Part shown: one piece after another, positions 56,482-64,000 of the stretch
Layout of the letters: every line of letters starts with the position of its first letter
How positions within the stretch are numbered: the first letter of the stretch is position 1
DNA from: Zancudomyces culisetae HAW-14-8
Lineage: Eukaryota; Fungi; Kickxellomycota
DNA: 64,000 nt
Direction: 5' to 3'
NCBI GenBank assembly: GCA_052426225.1
Contig: JBNJNM010000011.1
Span: 5,084,001 to 5,148,000, forward strand
The notes under the pieces: generated by a model
What the model saw: the letters and a program-made list of their open reading frames with translations, nothing else
What the model was told of the DNA's origin: nothing
Databases searched by the model: none
Position numbers and translations under genes: made by a program

Positions 56482-57069
56482 CTATTTCGTTGTATGAAAA
56501 ACAGGAAGGGAATTAACTATGCTCGTTGAAACCGAGTTAATATTATGACTTGTGATGGTTTTGAGATCTGCTTTAAACATAAAAATAGCCACAAACGGGT
56601 GTGATTTTAGCATATAGTCAAACCAAAATATATCGTCGTTCCACATATTGTCAAATGGGATATGTTCAACCGAAAACCACTGTGGTCTCATCTCTTCGGT
56701 TTCTATGGGGGATCCATTATAGTCGGTTGTCCAAAACACATGTGCAGTCAAAACCACAGGATCGTTCTCAAATTTAAAATATAAAACACCACATTTGACC
56801 AATTCATTTGCAACAAGGCCCGATTCCTCAAACAGCTCGCGCTTTGCAGCTTCCACATCGGTTTCATTAATTTCTATTTTTCCTCCGAACCCGTTCCACA
56901 AATGCTTGCCAAAACCCCGTTTTTTAAATCCCAATAATACTTTAGACTTATCTTTGTTAAAAACAAAAACAATCGTTGCAGGTTTTACTGAGTATTTTGA
57001 ATCTTTGTCTTCGACCTGCTTCACGAGATCCAGTAGTGTTTTGTCATTCAGCTTTTCAAAAACATCCAT
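56482..57069 (-). CDS. Nudix hydrolase, MTH1/NUDT1-like oxidized purine nucleoside triphosphatase
   Basis: LLGFKKRGFG..WNGFGGK plus Nudix box ETDVEAAKRELFEESGL; ETEEMRPQWF..IPFDNMW.DD. Confidence 0.9.
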   Translation of the reverse strand: MDVFEKLNDKTLLDLVKQVEDKDSKYSVKPATIVFVFNKDKSKVLLGFKKRGFGKHLWNGFGGKIEINETDVEAAKRELFEESGLVANELVKCGVLYFKFENDPVVLTAHVFWTTDYNGSPIETEEMRPQWFSVEHIPFDNMWNDDIFWFDYMLKSHPFVAIFMFKADLKTITSHNINSVSTSIVNSLPVFHTTK

Positions 57070-57485
57070 TGTCGTACAAAAAACTAGAATTTGCTTGTCT
57101 TATCAAATTTTATTATGCCCTATTTCAAGCTTTGCAATCCGAAGAACTGCTTGATGAGCAAAATATGACTATTCGAGTTAAAAAGTAACCAAAAAATTTT
57201 TATAGTAAAAATAAAACACCTGTAAAATATTCACATTCCTGATCTTGGATATCTCGATTTACAAACTAAATTTGTCACTTGCTGCACTTTTTCTTTTCGT
57301 TTTTTTTTGTACCATAAAGCGGAACGCACCCAATGGCTTAACTCCCACTACAATCAAAAATTGAAATGATGGAATGGACAAAAAATAACTATTTAAGGAT
57401 ACCAACCTTTCAAAATTCTGCAAAAGCTTATAGCCAAAGACAGTTTTTTTATTAATAGAAATAGGTTATATCGTGGTAAATCATA

Positions 57486-59777
57486 ATGAGCTCACTTTTT
57501 CGAATGCGCAATCTTAACAGCGGGGCACTGCTTTCAAGAAACCTTTTTGTTCAGAAAAGATCAGAAAGCACTACACTAAAAAGGGATTCTAGAAGCAACC
57601 CTGCTGTAGTTTTAGATATCGACGGCGTTTTGGTTAAGGTATGGTAGTTTTTATTTTCATCCTTTTCAGCTTATTATCTCTATGTAAAATTTATTATAAT
57701 TGATTAAACTCAAACATGAAATATTCGTTATATTTATGACCTAATATTAGGGCGATATGGTATTAGAGCAAGGAAAAAAAGCATTACGTTATTTGAATGG
57801 AGAAAATCCTCTTAAGAAAAAGATTCCTCATATTTTTATGACTAACAGTGGTGGGATTTCGGAGGAAGACAAAGCGAAAGAACTTTCAGAAGGTTTGGGA
57901 ATTGAGGTAACTATTAGAAAATAGTATATTTCTGGGGCGTCTGTATCCTTTGGTATAATTGCAAACGTTCTCTTTTTTAAAAAAAAACACTAATCATAAA
58001 ATTCAGTATCTGAAGAGCGAGAGGGTGTGTGGTGTGTATGTATGTGTATATGTGTGTGTATATATGCGTTTGTATTGTGTTCTATTTGACTTTAAAAGAA
58101 TATTTATATTATCAATGTTTTTAATTGTTATACCCGAAACGAATAAGTACTGTTGATAACATTGTAATTAGTCGATATGATCAGAGCAAAATCTTACCAA
58201 CAACTTTTACTATACGTATTGATGCAAAGTATTCAAAAAAAATAAATGCATGTACCCTCTCCAACAATTAGGTTAATCCAGGACAAGTGATGCTTTCCCA
58301 CTCACCTATGCGACAGTTGGTACCAGCATTTAAGGAGAAAACAGTTTTGGTAGTAGGTGGTAAAAGCGACAAATGTGCAGAAATAGCAAGGTCGTATGGG
58401 TTTGAAAATGTAGTTTCTCCTCACGAAATTCACAACTGGATACCACCGATCTGGCAATTTTCAACACTCCAAAGTCGGAAGGAAACCAAGGTATTTTCAT
58501 CTCCTCATTTATACATTTATTCTTTAAAAAGAGTTCAAACTCCCCCCCTCCCCATTCCTAATGAGGGAGAGACCAAAAGAGACAGTATTCTTATCGTGAT
58601 AAAGCTCTGTCCACCTCCGAGTTTTTATTACAGTATTTTTCATATATTGCTTTATATAGTTTATGATAACGATTATACTAATGTATAACCCTTGACTGTT
58701 GATATCGACGGATTATAGGATATAGACTTTCACAAAACACAAATTGCAGCTATACTAATGTTTCACGACACTTACGATTGTAATCAAGCTTTTCTATGTT
58801 TATTCGTCTTTCTGGCGGGACTTTTTTGTTATTCATCTTAAAAGTACATCTCATACCTTCCCTGATCAGGAAATATTCTAACACATTTTACATATTTTGT
58901 AGTTGGAAGGGATTTACAAATAGTAATGGATGTTCTAAGATGCAAGGATGGGGTATTGGGAAATGCATTTTGCGAAGAGAAAACTCAGACAGTTCCGCTG
59001 TGGGTGTCCAACCAAGACTTCGTAAGTTGAAAAGCCTTCCCTTTTTTGGGGGGAAGGGGATTTGGTGTAGTTTTTAATCTTGTAGTCATTTGTGTTTTTT
59101 GTGAATAGGTGTTTAGCAACGAGTTTCACCATCCAAGGTTTGCACAGGGTGCATTTCATGAGTGTTTGAAAGCTTTATGGAAGGTAAAGTGATAAATGTT
59201 TTAGTAACACATCCTTGTACGCGCGATTGTTTATTTTGAATATGTTTATGTTATATTTTAGTTCTAACCCACATGTACAGATATTTTAGATAAGATTGCG
59301 TATATTAACGTAGAAATATTTCACACTATATATATAGAAATGTACAGGAAGAGAGCTGAGCTACTCTGTATTCGGAAAACCACACAAACAACAGTATTTA
59401 TATGCCGAACAACTACTGAGTTCATGGATCGACCTGATGAATCCAAAGAGCTTAGCTTCACAGAACATCACCATTGAAAATCACAGTATTTATGGTAACT
59501 ATTGATTTTTCTGTTTTAATATAAAGGTTTATCTACAAGAATCTACTATACTTTGAATGCATCAAGCTTAGCTCAAAGTGTGAATTTGTACTCAGCCATA
59601 GGTGATAATCCATTATCAGATATTGTCGGTGCAAATAGACAAGGGTGGGGATCGGTATTAGTCCGTACAGGCGTGTACAACGAAAAAACGCATGCACTAC
59701 ACCCAGAGCTCCACCAAGTTCCAAGCCATATCGCTGACGATGTGTACGAGGCTGTGAAGTGGATCGCTGAATCATAA
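57486..59777 (+). CDS. HAD-superfamily subfamily IIA hydrolase, CECR5/HDHD5-like, multi-exon
   Basis: VVLDIDGVLVK, FMTNSGG, VMLSHSPM, GRDLQIVMD, FGKP, AIGDNPLSDIVGAN..W.SVLVRTGVY. Confidence 0.87.
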
Positions 59778-60281
59778 GTTTTTTTTACTGGGATTTTTTT
59801 GCACAGACCCCATACTTTTTGTTTATTTGCTTGTTTGTTCGTTTTTTCTCTGATGGTCAGTATGCTTATATCTTTGTTTACTTTGTACTAACCTGGAGGA
59901 ATTAATCCCTGCTTATCTAAACAGCTAATCCCCAATTGATGGCTGCATATGTTCTAGTACTTTTGTCCAAATACTAGGTGGGGAGTTCCAGCCTTTGGGC
60001 ATTTGAGTTTTAACCAATAAAGTTTAAGCCTAATAAGCATAAATTCTGCATACTTTGTTTCAATAAACCAAAAAAAGATTCGCGAAGTATGGTCATCTAA
60101 CGAATGGCCATTTGCTAGAGGTAGGGAATAAGGAAAAAAAATTTTTTTTTTGAACTTCAACTTTTTTTGAGCCAAACTAGTAAAGTTTTGGTGGTAATTC
60201 ACAAGGTTTTTTAAACTTATCACTTTGTTTAATTAAGCTTTTGTAACGGATCGATAAAGTTTGACAAAATCTAAAGATTAA

Positions 60282-60482
<201 letters not shown>

Positions 60483-60766
60483 CTGCGCTTAAAAGTCCCA
60501 CCTTTTATTAGCTTTCTATTACCTTTTATTTTGAATTTGGAAATAGAAAGCTATGAGAGTCAAGATGTCTCTATAAACTCGGACTGCAAAAACTCTTCGA
60601 GATAAAATCTGAGCAAGTCCTCTATTTCGCTTTTACATATAAAATAATTCTAATAAAAATCATTCAAACAGTATAGCGGTAGTAACAAAAAAAACGACAC
60701 TTTTCTAATAAAACATAACGTAACCAGAATGAAAATAAAAAGGAAAGATGGCAGTGGCCATAAGCG

Positions 60767-62797
60767 CTATTTGTGAACAGCTTTCTTGTTAAAAAGGCAA
60801 GGTGGTAGTTTCTCATTTTCCCTATCGAATTTCTTGGCCTCTTCAAAAGACTTAATGGCTCTACGCAAACCAAGAGATCCGAGGGCCAGCTGACCAGCAG
60901 GTAGCTTTGAAACGCCCATGAGTGCTTTCAGTTCATTGATAGTCTCACTTTCTTCTCGAAGTATACGGAAAATTTTGGCTATCTTTCCTATCGCGATAAC
61001 CTTGCTGCGGAAAGACTCGCGCATCAATTCAGATTCAGTCATCTCACTTGCCTTCTTTCTGACTCTCTTTGGAATAATCACCTCCTCTTTTTTCTTCAAT
61101 TCAGTGGAAGAGATGCGCTTCGTATCAGACTTCTTCCTGGCAGCTTTCTCTTCAGCTGAAACGGGTCCGCCAGTTTCGGAAGCGCTTTCGCCAGAAAGAG
61201 CCAAAGCAAGCTTCTCCTCGATCTCTGCATTATCAAGCATCTCATCTTTAGTGCAAATATTCATTAGTGCCATCAACATATCCAGTACTTTTTCACCAAC
61301 AAAAGGCAGCGACCAAGTAAACACATCCATAAAATTAGGAAGATAGTACGGATGTGGAGACATATTGAATTGGCGGATGTTTACAATGTTGTTGCCATAC
61401 TTCAGTACAGCTGCCTTGTTATTGTACATATCCAGGTAGTTTGGTGCACTGAAAATCGTGATTACTGCTGGAAACTTTGACTTTTTGGATTTCCGGTACA
61501 TTCGGTACCCATTGTCCTGCGCCTCATGTGCTCGGATAAGACTCAGTAGTCCATTATCCTCTAAAAACTGCACAACTGCGTTGTAACTGTAATAATACGA
61601 ACAACCTCTTGCATCATTACCATTAAAGAGCAAATCGCCAGACTTTTCGTATCCAAAATCTTCAGAAGGATCCGCCCACAATAGGTCACACATGATCCCA
61701 GTGGTTGGAGGCTCTTGGAACCTGTCAATATCATCAAAGTCGCTAAGTTTTTTCAAATCGGGACTAAGCCCTCCGTGGATGCACAAAAACTGTTTGTCTA
61801 CCAGCGCTGCCAACGGCATACTGTTAAAAACTTCTAAACTTGCTTCGTAAACTTTTTCACTGTATTTATAATTACATTCCTGCCTAAATGTAAAATACTC
61901 TGTGAGATGCATGCATTCGTGATTTCCTCTGAGCAAAAAAAGCGTCGATCTGTGCCGGATTTTTAGCGAAAGTAGATATAGTAGACACTATTTATATATC
62001 ATAGTTTTGAACTGTTAATGAATTGTTAAACAGCCAATAAAAATTGTGTGCTAAGACTTTGGTAGCTGGAAAACTGAGTTAGTATATCCTTTCGCAAAAA
62101 AAAAAAAAAGCATATCTAAAAAGGGTAGGATTTAATGTATTCTTTAGTTACCTCTATAGAAAAGTATCCCCTGTCAACATAGTCTCCCATAAATAGATAG
62201 TTTGTTTTTGCAGGATTTCCCCCCACTTCGAATAGTTTTATCAAATCATAGTATTGTCCGTGAACATCGCCACATACTATTATTAAAATTCAACTTGTTA
62301 AATATTGGTTAGGTTATAATAACGTCGCTATACCTTGGTTGGATTATCATTTTAGACCGAAAAAAAAACAGATAAACAAACAAACAAACAAACAAACTTG
62401 TGCTAAAATAACGTTTCTTACTTGTAATAGGTGTAGAAATTGTCAGCATGTTGGGTTCAGTAGTCAATATTTCTTTGCTTTTTTTTAAGATTCTCAATGC
62501 TTGATCTTCGCTTAGTCGCCCTTCGTAGAAAAAAAACTCTTTAATAAACTCACAATTTGGTTTTTCGTCATCGTTGTTGTTGAAGATTTCGGAATCCTTC
62601 GGCCTTTCACTAATTGGCTCAGTCACGTTTTTCATTACTCTATCGGTAGTATTAATCACACGTCCATCCTCCAAGGTAAAAGTGACGCTGGTTATTTTTG
62701 GGATTTCTTTAGCTTTTTTCTCGGAATTCTTCAGTGATAACGAGTAATCGACCATATTTTCATTTTTTTGGCTTTTACTTTTTACATCTGTGCTCAT
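60767..62797 (-). CDS. CNA1: Calcineurin catalytic subunit A (PP2B), 3 exons
   Basis: [43 protein letters not shown] (CnB-binding), [12 protein letters not shown] (CaM-binding), SFEEAK..DRENE (autoinhibitory). Confidence 0.95.
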
Positions 62798-64000
62798 CTT
62801 GAATGCGCTTTATTTTTATTATTTTTTTATGTTTATAAGCTTTGGTTTTTTTGATTTTGGATTTTCTTTATATCTTTGAGATTCTATTAATACAAATTTT
62901 AGGTTGGTTAAATTGAACGATGTTTAAACTATCAATAACCTTTACATATTATAAATAGTATAAACCCAAGTATATTTTTTTAAACAAGCCTGGTAGCAAA
63001 TTTGCTGAAATATATATTTTTAAACTTTTTTGCCACATACAATTCGATAGCAAATAATATTGGTCTAAAATTAATTACCAAATAAAATGTAGTTGCAGGT
63101 TTTAGGCGCTAGTTACAGTATCAAACCTGCCCAACGATTAAATAGGTGCAATAGTAAAGTGAAGCTTAGACCACCATTTTAATGAGACATTTACTCACCT
63201 TTGTGCTATTTTTGTTGAAAAATGTAATATCTCTCGCCTGTGCTAAATATTATTTATACGTCTTTGAAAGTAATTGTATCACTCTTTAACACATATATAA
63301 CAGGTTGGCGCCTTACGTAGGTTCTTTTTAAAACTTGATCAATCGTATGGATGGTGTATTTTCGAGAAAAATTCATTCCATAATTTCGCGTGTTATATCT
63401 CGCCAATTTAAAAAACAATACTAGTTTGCTTTTAGCTCCTGGTAATACATATCCTGGATTATTATTTATATCAACAAGTGTTAATCCTATCTTAAATTAT
63501 ATTTCTCTAGAAACGTTAACTAAAAGGATTTAAGAGTTTATTATATTATGATACAACCCCTCTATAAACGGATAAAGGAAAAGTCAGCTTTATGTGGTTG
63601 TAGAATAAATAATAAAAAAAACTCTCACATTTATTATCAAAAAAATACATGTTTTGTTGCACTCTATGCAATAGGGTGTTATTCTTGGTATGATTGTCAA
63701 GGTGAGATAAACATTCAAACGTATTCGCAGAGAGAGCGTTTTTACCAAAACAATTTGGTTGCATTAAAGTAGTTCAAAATATCACTGTTGCATTCAGCTC
63801 AACTTCATTATGAAGCCAAAACCCTTATTTTTCTGTGTCTCTACTGAGTTTGCTCAATAACCTCTGCTAGCCCAATAAAAATGACTTTTTACGCAATATA
63901 GAGCTGTTTGATTGAATAGTCTTTACCTTCAATAAACAAATGATATAATAATATTTTCATGGCAAGGTTTGTTTAAATTAAAAATGTCATTTTGCGAACC

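Overview
AT-rich, intron-containing eukaryotic DNA of fungal type. The gene content and style suggest an early-diverging fungus, possibly Kickxellomycotina/Harpellales, but that is inference. About a quarter of the window is three very young Ty3/Gypsy LTR retrotransposons from two families: A (256-7056, 689-bp LTRs) and B (7060-12143 and 45955-51035, 366-bp LTRs). LTRs of a third family, C, occur at 1-216 (partial) and 1628-2039 (solo LTR inside gag of A). All three Ty3/Gypsy insertions have 4-bp TSDs and landed 7-9 bp upstream of a tRNA gene: tRNA-Gly(TCC) at 12152-12222 was hit twice (A first, then B) and tRNA-Leu(CAG) at 51045-51126 once. The insertions separate each tRNA from an identical TATATAATA motif that lay at -31/-32. 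The two integrases lack a chromodomain but share a short C-terminal MIPEI..R..L..FK tail. Together this points to a Pol III/tRNA-gene-targeted retrotransposon system. The two unrelated tRNA genes also share a 3' trailer and a collinear ~330-380 bp downstream element with conserved motifs and a hairpin. The rest is ordinary host genes: DNAJC3/JEM1-like (frameshifted), ARF6, RidA/MMF1-like, TIM9, MFS transporter, two alpha/beta hydrolases, CLPTM1, probable APC5, CYK3, a CAP protein, PEX16, NUDT1/MTH1-like, HAD-IIA (CECR5-like), TMA7 and calcineurin A. Several homopolymer frameshifts look like assembly errors.
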